In this document: positions 14,301-27,230 of the stretch, piece by piece
Layout of the letters: the number at the start of each line of letters is the position of its first letter
How positions within the stretch are numbered: the first letter of the stretch is position 1
NCBI RefSeq assembly: GCF_003704095.1
Contig: NW_020843530.1
Span: 62,001-126,000, forward strand
Direction of reading: 5' to 3'
Length of the DNA: 64,000 bases
From: Pocillopora damicornis
Taxonomy: Eukaryota
Program-made: the position numbers and the translations under genes
Notes under the pieces: generated by a model
What the model was told of the DNA's origin: nothing
The model's database searches: none
The model's input: only the letters and a program-made list of their open reading frames with translations

Positions 14301-17300
14301 GGTGGGAAAAAGGCCAAGAGATGGGAATATTCTGTTTTAATTTAAAATATATCGGGATATATAGTTAATCGTTTGCATAATTATATAGAGATAATTGTTG
14401 AGACGAGCTTTTTTTATTCCATAGTGTTCGAAAACGGTGACTACACCTACAAGATTGTGCTACCCAGCGATGACAGCCGAACGTGGTACGAAGCCGAAGA
14501 AATATGTCGAGAGTACGAAGGCGGGCATTTGGCGAGCATTTCCAGTGAGGCAGAAAACCAATATTTAAATGAAAAGATTCAACTACTGAGCAGTTCCCCC
14601 CGGGAGCCAGAACAACTTTGGCTTGGTGGAATAGATGAAGATGGACGTGCTTACAAATGGGTAGATGGAAAAACTTTCCAGTAAGTAGGGTGCAATAAAT
14701 TAAATTCTGAGAGTTCCCTCTTTACAGACGTTTTCAAAAAGGCTGGTCAAATTATCCTGGATTTTAGCATTGCATAAAAGTGCGACGCTTACTCAAAAAT
14801 TAATTGCGTCCAACAACTACCTCGGAAATATGGGCGATTTACAATTTTTTAAGTTCTGGATTCCAAGAAAATCGAACCCACTGATCTTCGCCTAGTATGG
14901 AAGTGGAGAGGAAGGCATATGTTCACACAAATTACATTCAGGATGAAGCTTTGTTGTGCATTAATATCATTTAGAATAAACCTAAGTTGGCAAGCATACT
15001 GTTCAAATGATCCGAAGCACAGTTTTGAAGGAAAGTGTAATATTTTTGGGCCCTCTCAGTTTGTGACAAACAAACCTACTTTCAACCTCAAGTAGGATGC
15101 ATAAAACTAGTCGAAATTATAGAAAAACACAGGAATAATCCGAAAATATTCCAGATGGAAGAAGGTTGTTAAACATGGAGAATTAAAAGTGATTGTCATT
15201 GACAATCCTCAAAAACTTAGCTAAATGAGGCAAAATGAACGAAAGGCAATACATCCGCCTTCTGTTATTTCATCATTTTTACTGTGTTCCATTGCACTCT
15301 TTATTCTATAAAGATATGACGCAGCGTTCTGGGCACCCGGCGAAGCCAACACGGAACCCTATAATGAATATGAAATCTGCATTGCAATGAAGTCCACTGG
15401 TGATTTAGGAGATTGGAGGGAAGATGACTGCTATAAGCCTAAAGGTTACATCTGCAAAATTGAAGGTGAGTTCTAAGGTCAAATTTGATAGGGGGTTCTA
15501 TAAAGGTGAGTGCAATTTCCCCCGCCCCTCTTGGTCAGAAAAATCTCCGTGGGCTCCTTTGATAGATTTTTTGATAGATCTTTTCATCTTCTGAAAATTA
15601 TGGTTTCGGAAATATCTTTGCGTAACATGCCCCCCAACCACTTTGTAATCAACGCTAATGTGGTTGCGTCTTTCTGTTTACTACGCAGGTATCCCTAAGA
15701 GACTCTTGGAGCATAAAAGATTTGGTTATGGTGAGTTTTTAAAGCAAATTAGCGTAGTAAATATACAAATTGCCTCAGAGAAAGTATTCTCGAATACAGA
15801 CATATAAATATTATCACGTTGAATGTAATATTTCAAATCATCACCGGAAAGTATTGGTCACAATCATTTGACAATTGAGATCATCTTCGACCTCTCCCAA
15901 TGTAATGTGATCTTTCTTGATTTCAGAATTCGATCAAGGGACTTTCATATACAAGTTCTTTTTCATTCAGTACGAGATGCTTACGTGGCCAGAAGCCGAA
16001 ATATACTGTCGTGAGGTAGAAGGGGGCCACTTGGCCAGTATTCGTACTTTAAAAGAGAACAAATACATCGAGAGGAAACTGCGCATGCTTAGGTACTACT
16101 ATGGTTACTCCAAGTGGTGGATCGGAGCCTCGGACCTAGAAAATGAAGGACAGTTCAATTGGACTGATGGCAAGCCCTTCGCGATTCAACACTGGGTTCC
16201 AAGGGAACCCTCAGGGCGCCATAGGGGCAGGGAAGAAGATTGTGCTGTAATTACTGCTGATCCATATTGGGGAAGATGGAGGGATGAATACTGTTTACAT
16301 CATCTGCCTTTCATTTGCAAGATCAGAGGTGAGACAAGGGTACTAAGTATCTCTTCTTCCAGTAAGGCAAAATCTAGGCGCAGCGGGATGTTTTTGATGG
16401 ATCATAGTCACCGCTTGATTGGCCTAATTTATTAAGAGTTTTTGCATAACCTTCATTTTGGTGACTCAATCTTTATAGATTTTTCTCTTGTTTTAGTTTG
16501 CAGTCAGCGAGCTGACATTGCTTTTATAGTGGATGCATCTAAGAGTGTGAAGTTAAGTGGCTTCAGAAGTTCCAAAGAATTCATCAAAGCAGTGCTTCAG
16601 CGATTCAAAGTGTCCCAGACTAACGTTCACGTGGGTTTGATTCGCTTCTCCACCCGAGCCAAGATAATTTTCAACTTCGAAGAGTACTATTCAATGAATG
16701 ACCTTAATGCAGCTATCGACGCCATGGAATGGTCCAAAGGATCAACCTACACTAACCGGGCCCTGAAATTGGCGAGAGAACAACTTTTTCTTGAAAAAGA
16801 AAATGGGGGTACCGCCCGTGCAGATATTCCAAAGTTCCTTGTAGTGATGACAGATGGTATTTCAAGAAAACCGACAATGACAGCTAAGGAAGCCACCGAG
16901 TTAAAGAAAAAGGGTGTTCATATTGTTGTGGTAGGAGTCGGTTTCATGCGGAAAAGAAGCGAGCTCCTGAGCATTGCGAGTTCTCGCTGGGATGTCATAA
17001 CCACCCGGTCATTCAAGACTTTGAAAAGGATCGTGGCTATTACAAAGGAGAAAGTTTGTGGAGGTGAGTAATGATAAGCCCCTAAGAGAAATGGGAGAGA
17101 AAATGAAAATCTGTGAAATCAGGGGGGGATCCAGGTCTTATACTTAAGGCTATCCATGTTTATACCGCTAACGAAGATTCCACAAAATAACCGATTCGGT
17201 GCCTGACGTCTTATGAAGTTTCTATGCGTTTTCGAAAAGAATAAAACAAAACAAAACAACAGCAACAACAACAGCAAAGCAATACACTGGTACCGCACTC

Positions 17301-17520
17301 ACTTGTGAAGGTTTTGTTAAAGGAACAGGAATTCAAAGTAAAGCCCAAAAACGTTTCCCTAGATTGCAAAAAAATTGTGATGTTTCTGAGTGAATCCATT
17401 CCACGTAACCATATAAGTACCGTGGGGTTTTATGGGAAAATGTGGAGTTGTTAAGGTGTTTAGTCTGTTAAGAATTGTAATTAAAATTGCTAATTTTTCT
17501 TTTCCTCATCAGCGCTATAA
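11332..17520 (+). CDS. Secreted protein: signal peptide + two C-type lectin domains + von Willebrand factor A domain (488 aa)
   Basis: Exons 11332-11413, 14425-14680, 15314-15465, 15927-16328, 16497-17063, 17513-17520; all GT-AG, 1467 nt, open. Exon 1 MSSLILVTPALLLVCLCSSVSAG is a signal peptide. Both CTLDs show W.EAE..C..EGGHLASI, WLG/WIG and four canonical Cys. The vWA has MIDAS DASKS..T..TDG. AATAAA at 17599-17604. Confidence 0.9.
13827..14024. mobile_element. Palindromic Penelope-like-element-derived repeat with degenerate hammerhead cores (lectin gene intron 1)
   Basis: AAAGCTGACGTTTCGAGCGTTA...CCCTTCG paired with CGAAGGGCTAACGCTCAAAATGTCAGCTTT, followed by a CACCACAGTTTTTTTAGAAACTTACCCC tail. 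Clearly homologous to 48302-48541 plus 49301-49367. Confidence 0.6.
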
Positions 17521-18186
17521 AAGGTTTATATTCAAATTGAGAATGATGATGAGACATGCATAGATCACGCCCGAGCAACGAGTGCACGTCGCAGCATAAA
17601 TAAAAACTACTTACAGTCCCCGGATTTTAAAATTAAAACTTTATCGCCCCGACCCAAGATTGTGCGACTATTTTCAACTGTTGACTCATACGACGGTTAC
17701 GTGGCATACAGTGAGTAACGACTTAGCTGGAAAGAAGAAACTCATGTATTTTAAGAACGTGGGCTCTAGAGGAAATAACTTGAGGGAGAATAAAATCGTA
17801 GATAGCACTAATAGGAAAACAATGTAAAATGTGTCGGTTTTTATGGCGTGGTGACAACCAGGTATACTGAACATCAAGCCTCTTCTGACTGTTCAGATGG
17901 GCCGCTTTATCAGTGTAGTCTAAGCAATGATATTCTTTACGTATTAGTCATTAAGTGAAATTTGTTTTATGAAAAAACGCGATGATATTTGAACGTGGTT
18001 CGCATAACGTAGCTCTATAATGGAGACGCCCCTGTCCATCTTATTCAACCTAGCTCAATAAAAAAAGCGTGGTAAATGAGCGGTTCCATATAAAAATGCA
18101 AGTTTGGACCTTGGGTCGAATAGTGTAAAATAATTACATAGATAAATTGTGAATATGTATAAGAAGAAAATTGGAGAAACATTTGA

Positions 18187-18341
18187 TTGGAAAGTTCAAC
18201 TTAAGAATTTTATTAAAATACATACAATATTTTGAAAAATGTTTCTGAATATGTTTAAGACGAGATCTGGGGAATCATTTCATTGGAAAGTTCAACGCTA
18301 GAACGTTATTGAAATACATAGAACATTTTGACAAATGTTTC
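18187..18341. repeat. Degenerate direct repeat, period about 95 nt
   Basis: ATTGGAAAGTTCAAC...TATT(A/G)AAATACATA..A..ATTTTGA.AAATGTTTC occurs at about 18187 and about 18282. Confidence 0.6.
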
Positions 18342-18970
18342 GTCAAAATATTTTATGAACAATTTTATAACTTTTTTCGAAGCTTTCTATGTATTTTAAA
18401 AAGTTTTAGCGTTGAACTTGAAGTTTGCAATCAATTGTGAATATGAGGAAGAGAAAATTATGGAGAAAATAGATCTCCATTGGAATTCTGGTTTTAGAAA
18501 CAGGAGTAGTGGAGAAACTAACAAAAATAAAGACAACAAACCGTACACACAAAGTGTATTGCATGTTTCTTTTAACTCTGTGTGAGGAATAACATAACGC
18601 ACCAGTGATAATCTGAGCTCCGTATTGGAATCTCGTAATTTTTACAAAACCGAGTGCTTGCATTTGCGCGAACGTGTTTCTCGGAGTTTTCAGAGGTCTG
18701 GAACTTTATAGGCAAGAAAGTGTCGTTTTGTGGAATTTTGTCTCTCGGAGGACTTTTTTAGGTTATATGCAACATAGTTCCAGATTTTTCGGTCATCAGA
18801 GCCATACATTTGTCTCGCAATTTTTTAGAGGCGTTGCTAAATCGCACATATAAAGAAGAGAATAAGGGAAGCCGGACTGAATTGCAATAGCTTTAAGGAA
18901 GTTTCAGTGTGTGTTATATAAGATCAGTCACTTTCATTGATAGAAAGGGTCCACGTTTTCCTTATAAACC

Positions 18971-18980
18971 NNNNNNNNNN
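18971..18980. other. Assembly gap (10 N)
   Basis: Run of n. Confidence 0.99.
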
Positions 18981-20145
18981 CCCATTCAATTCACACTTTT
19001 ATAGAATCGTCATTCAAAATATTGAATCATTGGTGTTACTTTTACTTGCCTTTCAGTCCGATTAATGGGATCTTGTGATCTGGGAAAGGGTCAAATACCA
19101 GTGGGGAATTATTCTCTGTATTTTTTAAAATGTTAAGAATGTCCCTTTGTCATCAATGATGTCTCATCAATGTTCTTGAAAAATGAACAAAATTCAGCAA
19201 AAGGGATTTAAGTTCAGAAATTATCCATATGCCTCCCTTAATAGCCCCTCTCCCTTCCAAGGGAAAATAGGACCGGGAAAGGCAGCAAATTTAGTGGAGC
19301 AAGCGAATCAGGACGAAGAACAGGGAAGGAGTTAACTGTAAAATTCAATGCGATCGGCAAGCGGTTCACTTGGTCACAGAATCAAAGACAAGACAATTTA
19401 TGCGCGCTCAAACCATTCTTTTAGGGATCACCATAATGCTAGGAAGGAGAGAAACTAAGCGGGCTCGTCCTAAAATGTGACCTCTGCCTCTGCCCCATGC
19501 CCCCTCCTGTTATCGGGAAAAAGCGGTAATTCAGGAGTATAAACACGAGACTTGGCGGTTCCTAAACAAACAGAAATCACTTGCTCACTACTTCCTACCT
19601 TCATTTTTAAAATCTGTATAGAAAAGCTATTTTGTTTTGCAAGTACCCATTTTAATAGAGATTGAGAGAGTCTTCACTCGAGCCTCGTGGCCCCCATTGT
19701 CAGAGCTTTTACCACTTATTGTTTCTTGAATGGCTACTATGGCTACTCTTACAGGAAGGTATACTAGACCAACATAGGATAATACCCTCTCGTCAAGTGG
19801 TCCGAATGGTAAGATTCCTGGTCACTTTTAAACTGAGTGACAATAAATCTGTGGTAATTCAGATAGAAGAACACACCGTGTTTAATTACAAAACGATTTA
19901 AAAACAGTTCGTAGTAAAGTCGTGTTATCTGTATTATACTGAGTGCGAAAAGGTACAAAGAAAGAGTTGAGTAACCCACAAATTTCATCACGTGACATAA
20001 CTGTACCTAAACCGTCCGCTGCATTTCAAAGACAAATTAAGGTTCGTCAAAAATTGGTGTTTGGTGATGTCTACTTCTCTTTTTCTGCTTTGTAACTCGA
20101 TATCATGATAGAAATTTCGAGCGGAAATTATAAAAACTCAAGGCA

Positions 20146-20334
20146 GCACGCTGGCCTTTTAACGTTGAACTTTCCGAGAATGTTATTTCATGACTCTGGC
20201 CACACGAGTTGGATCAAAAGAGGTAATACGAGTCTTTATCTAAACACACTGCGATTGACGTCCATCAACATGACAGCACCCTGGCCCTTTGAATATTGAA
20301 CTTTTCAAGAATGTTATTGCATGACTCTGGCCAC
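20146..20334. repeat. Degenerate direct repeat, period about 130 nt
   Basis: GCAC.CTGGCC...TTGAACTTT.C.AGAATGTTATT.CATGACTCTGGCCAC occurs twice (about 20146 and about 20276). Confidence 0.6.
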
Positions 20335-21194
20335 TGAGGTTGTATGGACTGAGGTAAAGTAGGGCTTCAACGAAAAAGTCGCGACGCTCTTCTAAAAAAA
20401 ATTATAAATCAGTTAGGTAGGTGAAAACACCCAAGCCCTTAGAACGAACGTTGTAAGAATGTCGAGCATGAAAATGCTGCATGTCGTGCATGCAAAAAAC
20501 GAAAAAAAAGACAAATTGTTACAATTTTAAGAACGCCGAACAGAACAAATTTTTTGGGGTTCATGCACTCCGAAAAACGTTTACGGTTGGTCCTTGGGAA
20601 TATCTCGTGGAAGTAATTCAGGTCCACGTAGCATGCCGATCTCTGTAATGAAACGAACAGGTAACGTTTTCTGTGCGAAATTTTCGTTTCGTTTCACAAT
20701 AAGTAAAGAGCTGATCGCTATGATTTAGCCACGCTTACATGATTCATGGTCAATCTAGCTTCAAAGCGTCCCAAAATGGCAAGACATAAAACTAAATTTT
20801 TTTCTTGTACTTGAAAAGTGATCTCTTGAAAAGAAAAAAAAAGCTAAAATGTGTAAAAATTTCTAAAATTTCGTTACAAGCTGCAGACTCTCAAGCTACA
20901 CCTGGCTCGCACATTTTAGCATGCGAATGCTCAGCCTGATGGCAAATCAGATTGAAACTTTTCCAAATCCAATAGAGTTACTCAAAGGCTTATACGATAA
21001 AAGAAAAAAGGAATTCATAACTCTGTGCTGCGTGATTGCACCTTGTCAGTGAATTTGAATAAAGCTTCTTAGTTAGGAATGCATTCATTAGTAAGGAAAA
21101 ACAACATAAAGCGTCCCAAAATTACATTCCACTTTACCCTTTAAGCAAGGAGAGACCATGGACTCAGAAGATGTTTTTCTTTAACGAATTAGAC

Positions 21195-22165
21195 ACTTAC
21201 CTGTCACCAGCTTCAGGCATAGCAATACTGTTATGAGTGCAATAATAACATCGTTGATAAGATTTCTCTCCCAATCAAGATAACCCAAGTTGTTTGGGTC
21301 GTTGTTAATATTTGTGATAACTTGCAACACAGTACAAATTTCATCGCCTTCTTCTGGTGACCTTTGTGGGGAAAAAGGATGAAGCTAATTGAATGACGCG
21401 AAATTATTTAAAAGCACTCACCTGTTCCTAGATTATAGGAAGTTTCTGTAAAATCGTGTATACTGAACGCAATTCCACAGGTACAAGGTAGTTTAAAAGC
21501 CATTTCGAGTTAAAACTTGAGGTCTTTTCATCACATTAACAAGAAAATAAACACATTCTATTGTTACGTAACATCGAACTTTTCTCAGTCTTAGGAGAAG
21601 GAATGTAACCATCTGTAGCATATCGCATCTTGTCGGTGAATTTGAATGCAGTTAGTTTCTTGCTCGCAAGTGCCTTCTTTTTCACGAAAGACAGCATCAA
21701 GGGTCCAAACATTTCATTGCAATTTACCCTCTCCAACGACAGAGGAGGTCAAAAGAAGTAACGAAGGACTCAGTACATGTTTATTTTAAACACCTTATAG
21801 CTGCCATAGGCAAAGCAATACCGTTGCGAATGCAATAGTGAGATTGTTGATAAGATTTCTCGCCCAGTCAAGATAAGCCCAGTTGTTTCGGTAGCCGCTA
21901 ATATCTGTGACAACTTGCAACACAGTTTAAGCCTCTGCGACTTATCTAGAGACCTTTGTCGGAAAGAAGATGGAGTTAATTGAGTGACACGAAATTATTT
22001 TAAAGTTCTCACCTGTTTTTAAGTTATAGTCTCTGTAAAATATTTTAAACCTCACACAATTCAAGAAGCGTAAGATAGTTTAAAAGACATTTCGTGTCTA
22101 ATCTTCGAGTCATTCATTGCAATGAACAGGAAAATGATTACATTCTATTATGTAATAACAAACTT
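21195..22165 (-). repeat. Tandem duplication (period about 590 nt) of an exon-intron-microexon module; possibly a pseudogene or lncRNA
   Basis: Copy 1: exon-like 21201-21361, 60-nt GT-AG intron, 24-nt micro-exon 21422-21445. Copy 2: 21794-21953, 59-nt intron, 20-nt micro-exon 22013-22032. Minus-strand AG/GT dinucleotides are kept in both copies. Confidence 0.6.
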
Positions 22166-24001
22166 CTCCATCGGTGCATGACACGGCCCTAGGTGGCCTT
22201 CCATTTAAACCTCATCACAGTCACCTGTTCACAGGAAAATGATCACATTCTATTCTTACGTAATATCAAACCTTAGATCATGACCCTCTTCAATTTTGAG
22301 CTTCCCAAAAATTTGAACCACTATCATTCACGGAATGCGAGATTAATAGATGACATATTCTTCCAAATGAAATCAACAACTAAAGATACGCAAAGAATCT
22401 CTTATTCAATCATGCGAGACAGACATCATTTAGTCTAGTCTCGCGGCAATAAAAGATACATTCCTACCAAGAGGCAGGTAACACCTGGAAAACAAGATAT
22501 TAGATAAGAAAAAACTTAAATCGTTGCATTTTAGTAGAGTAGTTTATTTTGAGAGTCAGGAGGTGAAAAAAATATTTGCATGATAATTAAAAAAAGAAAA
22601 CCTTTTAAAGCTATGTTATTTCTTCTCTAATGTCATTTTCCTCTTATTATTAAGAACATGAGTCGCCGAACAAACCCCACGATCTCACGCCGAACTGTAC
22701 GTTGCTACGTTTCTACCGAGAGTTTCTTGCCATTTGGTCATTAGATATTTTGCCTTTCCTTTCGTTATTTTATATTACGGTAATTCTACTTGTCATGATA
22801 GTAATCTAGTTTGACTTCAAGAGGTAAGGTCAAGGGCTAGTTTGAAGTCTTTGAACAATCCCCTCCTCCCTTCCCATCTCACATCTCATTCATTTAGATG
22901 CTGGCCGGATTGTAGTCTTCCCTCTTAGTTCTTTCGCGCGAACGTGCACACCCTGTGTTGTGCTCCAATTCATGTCTAGATTACAACACGGCCATTGACT
23001 GAGTTCGTAATTCGCAGCATAAGCGGACATGCTGCTATTATAAGTGAAAGCCCACGAGGCTCTAGCTTATAACACTTTAAGGCACAAAATTAGACAGCCT
23101 CTTCGTTTCCTATGAAAAAGGGAAATCTGAAATAGGCTTTAAATATGTAAAAGCAGTGCTTTAAGCTGTGTAAGTAATAGGGTTTTCTATGTTAAAAGTT
23201 AAGTCTGCAAAATCGCAAAAGTTAGTTTTTTGCCTTCATAGGAAGGGGAACGTGACATTACAAAACAATGTGGAGTGTCAAAGGATAGCTTTCCACAATT
23301 TCAGCTTTTCCTCCTCCGTACAAAGTATAACTACTGGGTTAAACAATAAATCGAGATTTGCGTCGATTGAAAGTAAAGCGAGCTTTTTGAAAAGCTCCAA
23401 AAATATAGGAGTCTTTAATACTTTCCCAAGGAGATTAGAATGGGGCCGTTGGACACCTCCATCTAGATTAAAACAAATTCAAGAGTAGGGAAACCAGAGT
23501 TCTCTTTGTATTTTGAGTTGTTTCGTTTAGCTTTCTCCTTACAAGTTCATTTGTTTGCTCCGTGTCTTTTGCTGGATAATCTCGCCCTTGATGTGTACAT
23601 ATCAAGGATGGCATTGATGAGTTTCTACCGCAGGTGATGGCGGATTTAGACTTATGGCTAGTTTCTACTTTTCAAAACCCAAGGATTTGACATAAAAAAT
23701 GCAACGGGAAAATAATGCAATGGTTTTAAAAAGGGGGGCTTTCGTTAAATTCAATAGGTATTGCAACTATGTATTATATTGACTAAAAACACAAAATAGT
23801 GTTTCAACAGAGGTCTTAATGACTTAGATATTATAACGGCAGAAAAAATAACTAAAAATACGAATGAATTAAAGAAATACATGTACTGTATTCTGTACAA
23901 CATGCTGAACATATTTACATGTGTATAACCATATGATATACTTAGTTACAAATAACTCTGAGTTTATCACGCAGCGTTCTGTTGCAAATTATTCACGACT
24001 T

Positions 24002-27000
24002 TTAGGCTGGTTCTTCTTCTTCTTCCTCTTCTTGTCTGACCACAGGAACTCCTAAACAGCAACAAAAATAGTGAAAATACAACGCCATAAAAGTCAATGT
24101 AGTCGTGAAAATGCGACCATACCCAGGGGCACATTGATAACCTATCTCTAGGAATTTTAACCCTCACCCCCCACCCTCTTCTCTAAATTAATATTTAGGA
24201 AGTAGAAATGGCAAAGAGTGATGAAGCAAAATATCGCACATAATCACTCCAGGTTGACAATAACCATTCTACCTTGCACTGCAAATACCGTGATTGCAGC
24301 ATTCCCAGGCGCGTAAAGTGCTTGTAACTTATGGGAAACACACGCATGTTACACCAAAAAACCCGCGTGTATCAGAAGAGGCCGATTATTTGCAATTTCT
24401 CGTAGTTTTGAATTTCCCTTTTGTTTTTCAGTACACGCATATGCTTGTAATTTTTTACACGGATGCGATAGCGATTAATTGGAAAAGCATTCCTCGAAAT
24501 AGAAATCGTCGTGTGTTTTGAGCGAAAAAGATCGTCAAGTGATCAAAACAACACCGGCCAGATTATGGTCACGTGCTCGGCGACGACTTGTAGAAACCGA
24601 TCATACTTCATTTTTACCACCAGAAAAGTCACGTTTGCATAGCAAAACAACAAAACGAAACGACCATAACGAAAAGACCGAAATTGGTATACCTGCCAAA
24701 ACGTCCCAAAAAAAACCCTGATACGAAAGAAATAATGCCCTACTTTAACAATTTTTTTTGTCATGGGTACATGTTTCCGTGGGAATATCCATGTCAACAG
24801 CTTACTCTGTCACTCACAAACTCTTCGTGATTCTCGCTGGTCCTCGTAATGTTTAGCACATGAACGATTCGAAGACCCTTCAAATTTGGTCTCTAAGTTG
24901 ATCATACCACTAATCTGAAACATTCGAAGTCCATTTCAATTTAGTAAATGTCGAAACAGCCNNNNNNNNNNNNNNNNNNNNNNNNNNNNNNNNNNNNNNN
25001 NNNNNNNNNNNNNNNNNNNNNNNNNNNNNNNNNNNNNNNNNNNNNNNNNNNNNNNNNNNNNCTAATCTGAAACATTCGAAGTCCATTTCAATTTAGTAAA
25101 TGTCGAAACAGCCGTTTAAAGACAACAAACATCGCAACGACCGATCCAATCACAATGGCATCAGGACTTCGAACTTCTTCGGAAAGATTGATCTCGACTT
25201 CGGAGCCTACCAATTACGACCAATTACGAAGGGTCCACGCCAATTTGCATATCTCAAAGTGCCCACAACAACTCGTTGCTACGCTATCGCGTATCCACGA
25301 GTTAAAAATCAACATATCTTCTTATAATAACATTACAATTAGGAGAATATTAGTTGATCCAATACCAAATTCTCTAAACTATTGCAATAAGAATTGTATG
25401 GAAGACAGTAAGGAGAATTATTATTGAGATCTTGGGGTGAAAGCATCAACTCATTCATGTTTATTCAACCACGCCCACTAATGACTGCTAAATAGTGTCA
25501 CAGATGACAAATATGGAGAAAAAAACTTCTCACCATCCAACTTTTTCAGCTTTGACAATCTCTTAGTAGCAAGGTCCCTCCAATCCCCATCATTGGAATG
25601 TTTCTCTTCCAGAGGATTACCTATGATGAACGAACAAATCTACATGTAGGAAGTTATTGATAAAATTCTTATAATATTTTCAAGAATTTAGGAATTTGCA
25701 CACAGTAACTAGTATTCAAAGAATAAACCCTTACCAACAAACAACAAATCTTCTAACAGTGGAAGATCAACCTAAAAAAAAAAAGAAAAGATGTTCATGC
25801 CATTTGAAATCTATTATCCCTTTCACTCAAAGATCCAGAAATTAATTGTCACAAAAGCAATTACAAGTAGCTGCAAAACCACAGATACAGTCCTTAGAAT
25901 TGAAATGTTACAGGGTATATCAAGAGAATATCTTATCGCTAGATTACATGATTGTAAATATCACATGGCTTTATTTTGGTTACAGGACTAACGGCCATTA
26001 TTTGTCATCAAATATTTTTGCTTGCAATCAACATTTACTAGCTTGTGCTAACATTCCCCAGCTAAAGCTGAGGCATATCCAAGTATACACTCAAGTGATA
26101 TTCCACAACTTTCATATGTTATGTTGACTATGGTAAGTCTTTTTTTATAATTTCATTTACGATGAGAAGCTTTTCATGGTTGTTGCAGAAGAAGAGAAGT
26201 TTTTATGGTTGTTACAGAAGAGGGGAAGTTCTTGTTTGTTCAAAAAATTACACCAGAGAACACTAACAAGAAAACACCCACTGCAGCAAACAGTAAGTTA
26301 TTGGTAAACAATGTTTCTATTTGAAAGATAATAAACACAACACCCTCTATTTTGCAGAAAAATATAATCGCACATTTGTCATTGGTTGTCATCTGTGCCT
26401 CAATTTTCTTTAGCTTTGCTCTTTGAAAACTTTTGCATCTTGGAACAGATAATATCCATAGACAAATATGCATGGGCATTTCTTACACCAAATAGAGGCT
26501 ATTGTTTATATAACAAATTAAGGGAAAATTTACTGACTGATCTTTCCAAAGAGTCACAAGGCTATTTACTTATAATAAAAAAACAGAAAGTAAAAGCAAG
26601 CAAATCACAGAATGGAGGAAAATCTCTTCCAATTCAACAAATGAAATAAAATAAGACAAAAAGAACTGAAATTGTGTAAAATGAACAAGTCTGTTTAGTA
26701 GAAGGTAAAGTTAAAGAATAATTTCATTGTTTTATATATCTCTTACTGAAGAACATTCACAATTTTTTTCATAGATGTTTGCATAACAGCTGGTCAAAAG
26801 CAACAGCTGTTGTAAGGAGAATTATTAATAAGATCTTGGGAGAGGAAAAATTCTGTAAAAATTCTGAAAGCTTACCAGTTTCTGAAATTCATCCCATGTC
26901 TTAACTTGGTTGTTTGACATGTACAGAACCTTGACCATAGAAAAAAGACAAATAAAGCTCCACATAAATATCAAAAATAGGCAATCTGATACTGTATGTG

Positions 27001-27195
27001 GCTACTGATAAAGCACAATCTTTATAGCATTGAAATGAAATAGAGGTTGTATAATAATGCAAGGTAATGTTGCTGCATCCCACATATTTTTAAGTGCCCT
27101 GTTCCACAAGAGAAAGATGATTCAAGATTATAGTGACTGACACTCAACCAATATTATTCCTGAACATATGTAATTATATGGTAAAATATATTCAT

Positions 27196-27230
<35 letters not shown>

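Noticed and set aside
24250-24801. Possible TIR element (AGGTTGACA ... TGTCAACAG) in the last DNAL1 intron
   Set aside because: The inverted match is too short and no TSD is found, although the CpG-rich interior suggests a repeat.
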